This document shows positions 1-9,534 of a stretch of 64,000 bases of DNA, one piece after another. The notes under the pieces were generated by a model, which worked only from the letters and a program-made list of their open reading frames with translations, did not search any database and had not been told where the DNA came from. The DNA is from an uncultured PS1 clade bacterium (GTDB lineage: Bacteria > Pseudomonadota > Alphaproteobacteria > MED-G09). How positions within the stretch are numbered: the first letter of the stretch is position 1; each line of letters opens with the position of its first letter. The stretch is taken from NCBI GenBank assembly GCA_902533755.1, contig CACANC010000004.1:660-64659 (forward strand). The letters are read 5' to 3'. The position numbers were made by a program, and so were the translations under genes.

Positions 1-429
1 GAAGATAGACCCTTTTCTTATGAGCTCGTCTCTAAGCGACAATGCGTTTGTAATATTTCCATTATGAGCTATTGCAAATCCTCCACCCCATAAATCAGCA
101 AAAAAAGGTTGAATATTTCTTTGAATGGTAGCACCTGTTGTTGAATATCTGTTATGTCCAACGGCGCTATTACCTACTAATCGATTCATTACAGAAGTTT
201 TTGTAAAGTTATCACTTACTAATCCTGGATGTCTTTCAGATATAAACTTTGTTCCATCAAAAGTTACTATTCCTGCAGCTTCTTGACCGCGATGCTGTAA
301 AGCATGAAGCCCTAAGGCAGTTAGAGCAGCTGAATCTTCATGGTTGTATACACCAAAAACTCCACATTCTTCATGTAATTTATCATCTTTAATAAAAGGT
401 GATTTTCTATTCGTTTTCAATGCTTTCAT
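1..429 (-). CDS. purF: Amidophosphoribosyltransferase, N-terminal part (gene runs off the left edge)
   Basis: Hand translation of the reverse strand from ATG 429-427 (in-frame TAA 7 codons upstream): MKALKTNRKSPFIKDDKLHEE-CGVFGVYNHEDSAALTALGLHALQHRGQEAAGIVTFDG...VGHNRYSTTG...FAIAHNGNITN. Shows the Ntn-amidotransferase catalytic Cys after a propeptide. Lies directly downstream of cvpA, as in the E. coli cvpA-purF operon. Absent from the ORF track because it is truncated by the window edge. Confidence 0.85.
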   Translation of the reverse strand, partial: MKALKTNRKSPFIKDDKLHEECGVFGVYNHEDSAALTALGLHALQHRGQEAAGIVTFDGTKFISERHPGLVSDNFTKTSVMNRLVGNSAVGHNRYSTTGATIQRNIQPFFADLWGGGFAIAHNGNITNALSLRDELIRKGSIF

Positions 430-949
430 TCTTATTTTCGCTTTTAATTATATCCTGCATATTAGTTTCATTAAAAAATTCAAAATTATCAGTAAGCATA
501 GCCGATAATTTTTCAATTAAAGGAAGTGTTTTTGAATCTTTCGTAAATTCAGGAAAGTCCTCTTTTTCATTAGGCATTAATGTGTATATATAAATTATAC
601 AAGCCAGAACAAAAACTCTAAATACTCCAAATAAAAACCCTAGCAATTTATCCAAATATCCTATGGATGTTGATTTAAAAATTTTAAGTATTGGTATTGA
701 GATCACTCTCCAAATAATTAAAGTGAGAACAAAGATAGTTGATATAACAACTATATCTCTTAAAGCGTTGTTTTCTATAAATATAACTAGAGGTTTTGAA
801 AGATGGACGAAAAAGATCTTTATATTTACAAATGCCACAACCCAACCAAGTAAGGCAAGGAGTTCTTTAAAAAAACCTTGAAACAAAGCCAAAGAACCTG
901 AAATCACAATCGAAAAGATTAGAATTAAATCGATTACATTAGTTTCCAT
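407..949 (-). CDS. cvpA: CvpA-family (colicin V production) inner membrane protein
   Basis: 180 aa with about 4 hydrophobic helices. N-terminus IDLILIFSIVISGSLALFQGFFKELLAL is typical of CvpA. Immediately upstream of and overlapping purF. Confidence 0.8.
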   Translation of the reverse strand: METNVIDLILIFSIVISGSLALFQGFFKELLALLGWVVAFVNIKIFFVHLSKPLVIFIENNALRDIVVISTIFVLTLIIWRVISIPILKIFKSTSIGYLDKLLGFLFGVFRVFVLACIIYIYTLMPNEKEDFPEFTKDSKTLPLIEKLSAMLTDNFEFFNETNMQDIIKSENKNESIENE

Positions 950-1015
950 GATTTTCCCAAATATCGACTTACATAAATAAATCTTTATTAATAAAATTAC
1001 TAGATAATTGTTCTT

Positions 1016-1754
1016 TTAATTTATTGGCCCTTCAGACAAACCATTTATAAACTGAACTACAAATGGGTTATCAGTGCTTTCAATTGTATCTTTATTTCCT
1101 TCCCAAATAATTTCACCTTTATGAAGCATGTGAATTTTATCCGATATTGTTCTAGCGCTAGACATGTCATGCGTTATTGTAAGCGAAGTAGCACCAATAT
1201 CTCTTACCTTTTCTATTATCAATTTGTTAATAACATCAGCACTAATTGGGTCTAAACCAGTAGTTGGTTCATCAAAAAAGATAATATCAGGTTTAATGGA
1301 AATAGCCCTTGCTAAAGCAACTCTTTTTTTGCATTCCGCCAGATAACTCAGAAGGATATAAGTTAACAACATCCTTACTTAGGCCAACCTTTTCAAGATT
1401 AAGAATTGCATCTTCGAAACAAAATTTCTTATTTTTACCATTTTGAATATTATAGAAACTAACATTTTGCCATATTCGAAGGCTGTCAAATAAAGCACCG
1501 CCTTGAAAAAGCATACCAATTTTTATTTTACTATTTTTTTTAAATTTACCATTTTCAAAAATGAAATTATTTTTTATTGATATTTTACCTTCTTCTGGTG
1601 TTAATAGGCCTAAAATGCATTTAATTAGAACAGATTTTCCAGTACCAGAGCCACCAATAATTACAGAAGATGTTCCTTCTTCTATATCAAGATTTACCCC
1701 ATTTAAAACTTTTTTATTTTCAAAATATTTATGTAAGTTTTCTATTTTTATCAT
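1016..1754 (-). pseudogene. mlaF: MlaF-type ABC transporter ATPase, reading frame broken by one extra base in an A7 run (true pseudogene or sequencing error)
   Basis: ORF 1293..1766 carries Walker A (GGSGTGKS), the Q-loop and the start of the signature (LSGGMQK). ORF 1016..1372, in another frame, carries the rest (KRVALARAI), Walker B (IIFFDEPTTGLD) and the H-loop (ITHD). The frames join if one T of the T7 run at 1324..1330 is removed. The likely start is ATG 1754, one base after the mlaE stop. Confidence 0.85.
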
Positions 1755-1755
1755 T

Positions 1756-2529
1756 TTAAGAAGCAAAAAATAGATTAGTCATAATGTAATTAGAGGCTAG
1801 TATAAGGACAGAAGCTGATACCACTGCATTTGTAGTTGCTTTTCCTACACCCTGTGCACCTCCATTCGAATTAAAGCCTTGATAGCAACCCATTATAGTA
1901 ATTATAAATCCAAAAAAAGAAGCTTTGATTAATCCAGAACTTATATCGTTGACTTCAAGGAAATCAATTGTGTTTTGAATATAAGCACTACCATTAAATC
2001 CTAAACTTTGTGTTCCTATAAACCATCCGCCCATAATACCAATAATGTCGGCAAAAATAATTAAGATAGGTAACATGATAATTCCAGAGATTATTCTAGG
2101 AACAATAAGGTAACTAATTGGGTCAGCCGATAGAGTTTTTAATGCATCTATTTGTTCTGTCACTTTCATGGTACCTAGTTCAGCTGCAATGGCAGAAGAA
2201 ACTCTTCCTGCAACCACTATACCGCCTAGAACTGGCCCTAATTCTCTTGTTATACCTAATGCTACAATTGAAGAAACAATTGCCTCAGAATTAAATTGGT
2301 TTCCTCCATAATATATTTGTAGAGCAAGAGCACCGCCTGTAAAAAAGGATGTTAGGGAAACCACAGGTAAAGAAAAATAACCTATAAAAATCATTTGATT
2401 AATAATATTTTTAAAATACCAGGGTTTAAAAAATGATCGCAATATTTTAGTAAAAAAAATAAAAAAATGACCAGTATTGTTCAGGAATAAGATTACAACT
2501 TTTCCAATATTTCTAGTTATTGCAATCAC
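1756..2529 (-). CDS. mlaE: MlaE-type ABC transporter permease
   Basis: 257 aa. Conserved MlaE core ITRELGPVLGGIVVAGRVSSAIAAELGTMKVTEQIDAL. GTG start. Adjacent to mlaF. Confidence 0.9.
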   Translation of the reverse strand: MIAITRNIGKVVILFLNNTGHFFIFFTKILRSFFKPWYFKNIINQMIFIGYFSLPVVSLTSFFTGGALALQIYYGGNQFNSEAIVSSIVALGITRELGPVLGGIVVAGRVSSAIAAELGTMKVTEQIDALKTLSADPISYLIVPRIISGIIMLPILIIFADIIGIMGGWFIGTQSLGFNGSAYIQNTIDFLEVNDISSGLIKASFFGFIITIMGCYQGFNSNGGAQGVGKATTNAVVSASVLILASNYIMTNLFFAS

Positions 2530-4062
2530 TTATTCAAATCTTTCTGGCAAATAGTTTTCTCTCGCAAGGTCAGAAAACTTTGTTAGTCTTTCTTCAAATT
2601 GTAATTGGACATTTGATGTCGGTCCATGTCTATGTTTCCTTATTAGAACTTCAGCTTTCCCATGAACCTCATCCATTCTTGCTAACCATGAAGTATGCTG
2701 TTCAGTTCCTGGAGGAGGTTGATTGTTTTGTAAGTAATATTCATCTCTATAAACAAACATTACGATATCTGCATCTTGTTCAATTGCTCCGGATTCTCTT
2801 AAGTCTGATAACAAAGGCCGTTTATCATCTCTTGACTCAACTTGCCTCGAAAGCTGTGAAAGAGCAATAATTGGTATATCTAAATCTTTTGCCAAGGATT
2901 TTAATCCTTGTGTAATTTCTGCTACTTCTTGTACCCTGCTATCTCTGTATTTTCCTGAAGATGTTGTTGCTAATTGAATATAATCAACAATAATTAATCC
3001 GAGCTCTTGATTCTTAGTGGTTTTTAAAGTTCTTGCTAATCTTCTTGCTCTAGTAGCTAAAACTCCAATTGGTATAGAGCCACTTTGATCAATATAAAAT
3101 GGAACTGATTTTAAGTCAGCTATTGTTCTAGCATAATGCATAAATTGATCTTCCTTAATATTTCCCCTTCTTAATTCATTAGATTCTATGCCTGATTGCT
3201 CTGCAGCAATTCTGGTTGTTAGTTGTTCAGCAGACATTTCTAGAGAAAAAAAGGCTACAACGCTTCCATCAGAGATAATATTTCCATTTTTATCTGTTTT
3301 TACCTCAGCATTTTGAAGAGTTTCTGAAAATTTCTTTGCAACATTAAATCCAATATTAGTAGCTAATGAAGTTTTCCCCATAGCAGGCCTTCCAGCAAGA
3401 ATAATTAGATCAGATTTTTGAAGACCACCTAAAGCTTTATCCAGATCTTTAAAACCTGTAGATAAACCAGCTAAACCCCCAGATGATTGATAGGCTGACT
3501 CTATGGTTGTTAAAGACTCAGTTAAGGTTTTCTCAAAAGACTCGAAACCTTTTTCGGCATCGCCAGAAACTTCAATTTGAAATAATTTATTTTCTGTTTC
3601 TTCTATAATATCATTTGCTGTTATATCTTCTTGACCTAAATCAAATGAAGAGTGTTGAAGGAATTCTGCTGTATTAATTAACTCCCTTCTTAAAGCAAGA
3701 TCATAAATTAATGATGAGTATTCTTCGATTGCAGGCCCTGGTGCAGCATTTATGACAAGTTGTTCAAAATACTGATCAGAGTCAAATTCTTCATCATTCT
3801 CAAAGAAAGTTTTTAAAAAAATTATATTTGCGGTTTTACCAGTTGAAAGAGACTTATTTATTTTTTCATAAATCTCTCCGTGAAGTTTATTGTAAAAATG
3901 TTCTCCACTTAATCTTGTGTTATTGCATTTTTCAATCAGGTCATTATTTCTTATTAATGCACCTAAGAGTTGCTGCTCAGCTTCAATATTATGAGGTAGT
4001 TCTAGGGAATTACTTTCAGAATTTTCGTCTTCATTAACAAGATAAGGGGTAGAAGTGTTCAT
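2530..4062 (-). CDS. dnaB: Replicative DNA helicase DnaB
   Basis: 510 aa. N-terminal PHNIEAEQQLLGALI, Walker A GRPAMGKTSLATN, Walker B-like LIIVDYIQL, and LSQLSRQVESRDDKRP. Confidence 0.95.
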   Translation of the reverse strand: MNTSTPYLVNEDENSESNSLELPHNIEAEQQLLGALIRNNDLIEKCNNTRLSGEHFYNKLHGEIYEKINKSLSTGKTANIIFLKTFFENDEEFDSDQYFEQLVINAAPGPAIEEYSSLIYDLALRRELINTAEFLQHSSFDLGQEDITANDIIEETENKLFQIEVSGDAEKGFESFEKTLTESLTTIESAYQSSGGLAGLSTGFKDLDKALGGLQKSDLIILAGRPAMGKTSLATNIGFNVAKKFSETLQNAEVKTDKNGNIISDGSVVAFFSLEMSAEQLTTRIAAEQSGIESNELRRGNIKEDQFMHYARTIADLKSVPFYIDQSGSIPIGVLATRARRLARTLKTTKNQELGLIIVDYIQLATTSSGKYRDSRVQEVAEITQGLKSLAKDLDIPIIALSQLSRQVESRDDKRPLLSDLRESGAIEQDADIVMFVYRDEYYLQNNQPPPGTEQHTSWLARMDEVHGKAEVLIRKHRHGPTSNVQLQFEERLTKFSDLARENYLPERFE

Positions 4063-4106
4063 TCAAATAACTTACCAGTAAAAGCAAATAACCCAAGAAA
4101 AAAAAC

Positions 4107-4115
4107 TGTGGATAA
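4107..4115 (-). promoter_or_regulatory. Single perfect DnaA-box 9-mer (TTATCCACA on the minus strand) about 45 nt upstream of the dnaB ATG
   Basis: Plus strand reads TGTGGATAA at 4107..4115 in the dnaB/rplI intergenic region. One such 9-mer is expected by chance in a window of this size, so function is uncertain. Confidence 0.3.
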
Positions 4116-4181
4116 ATGTGAATATCGGGGTTAAATGAATTAAATTATTAAATTATATAGTTAATTTAATTGTTAATCTTT

Positions 4182-4868
4182 TTAAGAACTATCTTCTTCT
4201 TCTTTTTTAATAGTATTAGTTTCAGAATTTATTTCATTATTGATTTCTTCAGCATCTTTTTTATCTTCAATTTCTTCAAGTGAATCTTTTGTTTCTTTAA
4301 CAATATTTTCTGGAACAGCCCCATCTTCGAAAACTTCCTCAATATTAATTGTGTCTTCTTCAGTTAAGTTTTCATCTTTTTCTATATTAATTTCTTCACC
4401 TCTAATTAGTGTTTCTGCTTCTGCATCAGTTCGTGAAACAATTACAGAAATCATTGCTTGAACTTCAGGATGCAGTTTTACAGAGACATTGTGAACACCA
4501 AGTTCTTTAATTGGTCTGTCTAGTTTAATTTGATTTTTTTCAACAATAAAACCATTTTTATCTAAGGCATTTTTAATATCATTTGTATTAACTGATCCAT
4601 ATAGTTGACCTGTTTCACCAGCTTGCCTAATTATGATTAGGTTAAAATTATCTAATTTTTCTAAAATAACTTCGGCTTCTTGCTTTTGCTTGAGATTGTT
4701 TGCCTCCAATGTAACTCTTTCTTTTTCAAAATAAGCTAGATTATCTTCTGAAGCTCTTAAAGCTTTTTTTTGTGGCAACAAAAAATTTCTTGCAAAACCG
4801 TCTTTAACTTTAACAATGTCACCCATTTGTCCAAGTTTTTCAATTCTCTCAAGTAAAATGACTTCCAT
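4182..4868 (-). CDS. rplI: 50S ribosomal protein L9 with long acidic C-terminal extension
   Basis: N-terminus MEVILLERIEKLGQMGDIVKVKDGFARNFLLPQKKA is canonical L9. Length is 228 aa versus about 150 typical. The last ~80 aa are E/D/N/I-rich. Confidence 0.93.
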   Translation of the reverse strand: MEVILLERIEKLGQMGDIVKVKDGFARNFLLPQKKALRASEDNLAYFEKERVTLEANNLKQKQEAEVILEKLDNFNLIIIRQAGETGQLYGSVNTNDIKNALDKNGFIVEKNQIKLDRPIKELGVHNVSVKLHPEVQAMISVIVSRTDAEAETLIRGEEINIEKDENLTEEDTINIEEVFEDGAVPENIVKETKDSLEEIEDKKDAEEINNEINSETNTIKKEEEDSS

Positions 4869-4870
4869 AA

Positions 4871-5131
4871 TTAATCCATTTTGTAAGGTAAAAGAGCCAT
4901 AAATCTTGATCTTTTAACTGCTTGCGCTAATTCTCTTTGTTTTTTTGAAGATACTGATGTAACTCTACTTGGAATAATTTTTCCTCTTTCAGAAAGATAT
5001 TTCTTGAGTAGTTTTGTATCTTTATAATCAATTTTAGGAGCGTTTTCACCAGATAAAGGACATGATTTTTTTCTTTTTAAAAAAGGACTTCTGATTGGTA
5101 TTTGTGTTATATCGGGTAAAAAGTTTTTCAT
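4871..5131 (-). CDS. rpsR: 30S ribosomal protein S18
   Basis: [50 protein letters not shown]. Sits in rpsF-rpsR-rplI order. Confidence 0.95.
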   Translation of the reverse strand: MKNFLPDITQIPIRSPFLKRKKSCPLSGENAPKIDYKDTKLLKKYLSERGKIIPSRVTSVSSKKQRELAQAVKRSRFMALLPYKMD

Positions 5132-5146
5132 TTTAATTCTCTTGTA

Positions 5147-5488
5147 TTAGTAAACATCCTTTTTCTCAGATGATTTTAACATAACAGATGGTTCTTTTGA
5201 TATTTCTTCAGTTTTTATAGTTATAAACCTTAAAATGTCTTCGTTAAGTTTTTGTATTCTCTCTATTTCATTAATTGTTGAGCTGTTGCTATCTATTCTT
5301 AATAGAGAATAATGTCCTTTTTCACTTTTATTTATTTTATAGGCTAACTTTTTTAGCCCCCAATATTCAGTATAAACTGTATCTCCGCCATCCTCAGAAA
5401 CAATTTTCTTAATATCTTCGACTATATTTTCGACCTGCTGTGGTGCAACTTCGGGCCTGGCTATAAAAACATGTTCGTAATACGACAT
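5147..5488 (-). CDS. rpsF: 30S ribosomal protein S6
   Basis: MSYYEHVFIARPEV... is the canonical S6 N-terminus. I prefer ATG 5488 over the upstream in-frame start at 5524 listed in the ORF track. Confidence 0.9.
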   Translation of the reverse strand: MSYYEHVFIARPEVAPQQVENIVEDIKKIVSEDGGDTVYTEYWGLKKLAYKINKSEKGHYSLLRIDSNSSTINEIERIQKLNEDILRFITIKTEEISKEPSVMLKSSEKKDVY

Positions 5489-5600
5489 AATACCTCTTAT
5501 AAAAAGTAAATTCAAAGCATTCATTAATGTATTAGAGATAAATTTGCAAGCTTGTATTAACGAACTATGTTATTGAATTAACAGTTATGGAGAAAATCTT

Positions 5601-6545
5601 ATGAAATCTTTAGTTTTTCCGGGTCAAGGCAGTCAATATGTTGGTATGGGAAAAGACTTGTATGATAGCTTTCCAGAGATAAAAGTTACTTTTGAAGAGG
5701 TTAATAATGCTTTAGATCAAAATTTATCAAGGCTAATGTTTGAGGGGCCAGAAAATGACCTTATTTTAACTGAAAATGCCCAACCTGCAATTATGACTAT
5801 TGGGATTGCAACTATAGAAATTTTAAAATCAAGGGGGTTTGCAGTAGATAAAATATCAAATATCTCAGCAGGTCATTCACTAGGTGAATATACATCTCTA
5901 ACTGCTTTAAATTCACTTTCCTTAACTGATACAGCAAAATTATTGAGACTTAGAGGAAAAGCAATGCAGGATTCTTTTCCAAGTGGAAAAGGTGCTATGG
6001 CAGCTATTTTAGGTTTAGATATAAATGAAGTAATAGAAACAATAGATGCTTCAGAAATAAAAAATGTTTGCCAGGTTGCAAATGATAATGCCCCTGGTCA
6101 AATCGTTATTTCTGGCGAAATAAATGCAGTTAATGATATTATTAGTTTATTGAAAGATAAAGGAGCTAAAAAAGCCATTAAATTACCTGTTAGTGCTCCA
6201 TTTCATTGTGAGCTTATGAATGATGCAAAAGATATTATGAAAAAAGAATTAATTAATATTACTTTAAACAAACCAATTATTCCGATTGTACAAAATACTA
6301 CTGTTGATGTTACAGAAGATATTGAAATAATTAAAAATAATTTAGTTAATCAAGTAACAGCTACTGTTAGATGGCGTGAAACAATGGAAAAGTTTAAAGA
6401 ATTAGGAGTTGATTCAATAATTGAAGCTGGCGCAGGTAATGTTTTAACTAATTTGGCTAAAAGAAGCGCTCCTAACTTGCAAAGATTTACTTTGAATAGT
6501 AAAGAAAGTTTAGAAAACTTTATGAGAGATTTTAATATTGTTTAA
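5601..6545 (+). CDS. fabD: Malonyl-CoA:ACP transacylase
   Basis: FPGQGSQYVGMG and active-site GHSLGEYTSL. First gene of the fabD-fabG-acpP-fabF cluster. Confidence 0.95.
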   Translation: MKSLVFPGQGSQYVGMGKDLYDSFPEIKVTFEEVNNALDQNLSRLMFEGPENDLILTENAQPAIMTIGIATIEILKSRGFAVDKISNISAGHSLGEYTSLTALNSLSLTDTAKLLRLRGKAMQDSFPSGKGAMAAILGLDINEVIETIDASEIKNVCQVANDNAPGQIVISGEINAVNDIISLLKDKGAKKAIKLPVSAPFHCELMNDAKDIMKKELINITLNKPIIPIVQNTTVDVTEDIEIIKNNLVNQVTATVRWRETMEKFKELGVDSIIEAGAGNVLTNLAKRSAPNLQRFTLNSKESLENFMRDFNIV

Positions 6546-7275
6546 TTTAGAAGGTAAAAAAGCACTGATTACTGGCGCAAGCGGGGGTATTGGTAAGGAG
6601 ATAGCAAAAGTTTTAATCGAACACAATGCTGAGGTTTGTATATCGGGAAGAAACCATAAAGAACTTAATGCACTTAAAAATTCTCTTGGTAAGAAATGCT
6701 ATGTAGTTGCTTGTGATTTAAGTAAAAAAGATGAAATTTTAGAACTTGTTAAAAAAACTGATGAGTTTTTAGGGCATATTGATATTCTTGTAAACAATGC
6801 AGGTATAACAAAAGATAACATTTTTCTTAGGATGTCTGAAAACGAATGGGAAGATGTATTGAATGTTAATCTTAATGCAACATTCAATGTTCTTAAGTTA
6901 ATTACAAAAGGCATGGTTAAAAGAAAATATGGAAGAATTATAAATATTTCATCAGTAGTTGGTGTAACTGGTGGTGCAGGCCAAGTTAACTACTCAGCAT
7001 CAAAAGCTGGACTGATTGGTCTAACAAAATCTTTATCTCAAGAAATAGCAACAAGAAATATTACAGTTAATTGTATTGCTCCGGGTTTTATAGAAACTCC
7101 TATGACAGAAAAATTAGATGATCAAAGAAAAGATGCAATTCTTAATTCTATACCAATGAATAGAATTGGTACGCCGAAAGATTTATCTTCTGCTATTATT
7201 TTTTTAGCTAGTCAAGAATCAAGCTACATAACTGGGCAAACCTTACATATTAATGGCGGTTTATATATGAATTAG
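6538..7275 (+). CDS. fabG: 3-oxoacyl-ACP reductase
   Basis: TTG start overlapping the fabD end. MFNLEGKKALITGASGGIG (Rossmann), NNAG and YSASKAG (YxxxK). Confidence 0.95.
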   Translation: MFNLEGKKALITGASGGIGKEIAKVLIEHNAEVCISGRNHKELNALKNSLGKKCYVVACDLSKKDEILELVKKTDEFLGHIDILVNNAGITKDNIFLRMSENEWEDVLNVNLNATFNVLKLITKGMVKRKYGRIINISSVVGVTGGAGQVNYSASKAGLIGLTKSLSQEIATRNITVNCIAPGFIETPMTEKLDDQRKDAILNSIPMNRIGTPKDLSSAIIFLASQESSYITGQTLHINGGLYMN

Positions 7276-7363
7276 ATGTGCTAGTTGAATATTTATTTGT
7301 GATGTGGTAAAGCCCATACAATCAAATTAACTGTGTTTATTAATTATATAAAAAGAGGGTAAA

Positions 7364-7597
7364 ATGAGTGATACATTAGAAAAAGTTCAAGCTATAGTTG
7401 TTGAGCATTTGGGCGTAGAAAAAGATAAAGTTACCGACTCTGCTAGCTTTATTGATGATTTAGGTGCCGATAGTCTCGATACTGTAGAGCTAGTAATGGC
7501 TTTTGAAGAAGAGTTTGGTATAGAAATACCTGACGACGCTGCTGAGAGTATTCAAACAGTTGGTGACGCAGTAAATTTTATAAATTCTAATACATAA
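7364..7597 (+). CDS. acpP: Acyl carrier protein
   Basis: 77 aa. [26 protein letters not shown] with the phosphopantetheine Ser. AGAGGG Shine-Dalgarno sequence upstream. Confidence 0.97.
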   Translation: MSDTLEKVQAIVVEHLGVEKDKVTDSASFIDDLGADSLDTVELVMAFEEEFGIEIPDDAAESIQTVGDAVNFINSNT

Positions 7598-7627
7598 TAA
7601 TTCTTTTTAATTAAAGGATCTTGTAAA

Positions 7628-8890
7628 TTGCGAAGAGTAGTAGTTTCAGGAATAGGAGCTGTAACTCCGTTAGGTGGGAGTATCAAATCTACCTGGATGA
7701 ATCTTATTGAGAACAAATCTGGTGCAAATTTAATAAGTAAATTTGATGCTTCTGATTTTCAAACAAAAATTTCTTGTGAAGTGCCAACAAAAGGTGATCA
7801 AGATTCATTTGATCCTACTGAATGGTTTTTATCAAAAGATCTCAGAAAAGTTGATGATTTTATTATTTTTGGTGTTGCAGCTGCAGAGATGGCGTTAGAG
7901 GACTCATTACTTAAAAATCATAACTTTGATCCAAATAAAATTGGTGTTGGCGTAGGCTCAGGTGTTGGAGGTTTACCTAGCATTGAAAAGGCATCATTAA
8001 CTCTAAATGAAAAAGGACCTAGGCGAGTTAGTCCGTTCTTTATTCCTGGTGCTTTAATAAATTTAGTAGCTGGTCAAATATCCATTAGGAATAATTTTAA
8101 AGGACCGAATTTAGCTTCTGTTACTGCATGTTCTTCTGGCACACATTCTATATGTGAAGGTGCAGAGATGATAAAAAGAGGCAAAGCCGATGTAATGATA
8201 GTCGGCGGTGCTGAGTCAGCAATTTGTCCAGTTGGAATTGCTGGTTTTTCAGCATGTAAAGCCTTGAGTTCAAATTTCAATGATGAACCCACAAAAGCAT
8301 CTAGACCATATGACAGATTACGAGATGGATTTGTAATGGGTGAGGGTGCAGGTTTTTTAGTTTTAGAAGATTTAGAGCACGCACTTTCAAGAAATGCTAA
8401 AATTTATGCTGAGTTTAAGGGTTATGGGGTTTCTGGGGATGCTTATCATATTACATCTCCTTCAGATGATGGAGATGGGGCATATAGATCAATGGTAATG
8501 GCAATAGAAGACTCAAATCATGCTGTAGATGAATTTTCTTATATTAATGCTCATGGAACATCAACACCAAAGGGTGACGAAATCGAATTAAAGGCAGTAG
8601 AAAAAGCTTTTGAAGCTAATCTTGATCGTATATGTATGTCATCAACAAAATCTGCAATTGGACATTTGTTAGGTGCTGCAGGCGCCGTTGAAGCAATCTT
8701 TAGTATTTTGGCAATTAAAAATAATATTGTACCTGCAACGATTAATCTTGATGATTTATCAATAGATACTAAACTTGATCTTGTACCGCATATGAGCAAA
8801 GAAAAAAATGTTGATGTAGTTTTATCAAATTCTTTTGGTTTTGGTGGAACTAATGCATCTGTTATTTTTTCAAGATATAATGAGAATTAA
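7628..8890 (+). CDS. fabF: 3-oxoacyl-ACP synthase II
   Basis: TTG start. Active-site TACSSGTHS. HGTSTPKGD and GHLLGAAG His motifs. FGFGGTNAS C-terminus. Confidence 0.95.
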   Translation: MRRVVVSGIGAVTPLGGSIKSTWMNLIENKSGANLISKFDASDFQTKISCEVPTKGDQDSFDPTEWFLSKDLRKVDDFIIFGVAAAEMALEDSLLKNHNFDPNKIGVGVGSGVGGLPSIEKASLTLNEKGPRRVSPFFIPGALINLVAGQISIRNNFKGPNLASVTACSSGTHSICEGAEMIKRGKADVMIVGGAESAICPVGIAGFSACKALSSNFNDEPTKASRPYDRLRDGFVMGEGAGFLVLEDLEHALSRNAKIYAEFKGYGVSGDAYHITSPSDDGDGAYRSMVMAIEDSNHAVDEFSYINAHGTSTPKGDEIELKAVEKAFEANLDRICMSSTKSAIGHLLGAAGAVEAIFSILAIKNNIVPATINLDDLSIDTKLDLVPHMSKEKNVDVVLSNSFGFGGTNASVIFSRYNEN

Positions 8891-9534
8891 TGGAAATAAA
8901 TGACAATGAAATAACAAGAAAAGGTTTAATGTTTGTTTTATCTTCACCTTCGGGCGCAGGAAAAACATCTTTATCAAGAAAGCTTCTGGAATTAGATAAA
9001 GAATTATTTCTATCAATATCCTATACAACAAGACCTCCAAGACCAGGCGAAATTGATGGCGAAGACTATTTCTTTGTAAATAATGATGATTTTGCTCTTA
9101 TGCAGGAACAGAATGAATTTCTGGAGTATGCAAAAGTTTTTGATTACTATTATGGTACTCCAAAAAAACCTGTCAAAAATATTTTAGATAAAGGTAGAGA
9201 TATACTTTTTGATATTGACTGGCAGGGAACACAGCAACTTATGAATAATTCAAAAGACGATCTTGTTAAGGTTTTTGTGTTACCTCCATCTATAGAGGAA
9301 TTAGAGAGAAGACTAAAGGAAAGAAAACAAGATAAAGATGAGATTATACAAAAAAGAATGTCAAGGGCATCAGATGAAATGAGCCATTATGCAGAATATG
9401 ATTATATTTTAGTTAATGATAATTTTGATAATACAGTTGAAGAAATTATAAGTATATTAAATGCTGAAAGATTAAAAAATCATAGACAAATAAAAACCCA
9501 AAAGATTGTTAAAAATCTTCGTAATTCTCTTTAA
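8890..9534 (+). CDS. gmk: Guanylate kinase
   Basis: P-loop SSPSGAGKTS and TTRPPRPGEIDGEDYFF. Start overlaps the fabF stop (TAATG). Confidence 0.93.
   Translation: MEINDNEITRKGLMFVLSSPSGAGKTSLSRKLLELDKELFLSISYTTRPPRPGEIDGEDYFFVNNDDFALMQEQNEFLEYAKVFDYYYGTPKKPVKNILDKGRDILFDIDWQGTQQLMNNSKDDLVKVFVLPPSIEELERRLKERKQDKDEIIQKRMSRASDEMSHYAEYDYILVNDNFDNTVEEIISILNAERLKNHRQIKTQKIVKNLRNSL

Noticed and set aside
1324-1330. Programmed -1 ribosomal frameshift at the A_AAA_AAG heptamer in mlaF
   Set aside because: A -1 shift enters a frame that stops after three codons (E-L-L-stop). The conserved downstream frame is +1, for which no known stimulatory context (stop or rare codon plus an internal SD) is present.
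2520-2870. 116-aa plus-strand ORF, plus similar short plus/minus ORFs (399..593, 663..881, 1164..1346, 1561..1773, 3828..4037, 4240..4461, 31001..31261 and others)
   Set aside because: All are antisense to strongly supported genes (dnaB, cvpA, mlaF, rplI, rne and others). Their composition mirrors the low-complexity coding strand.
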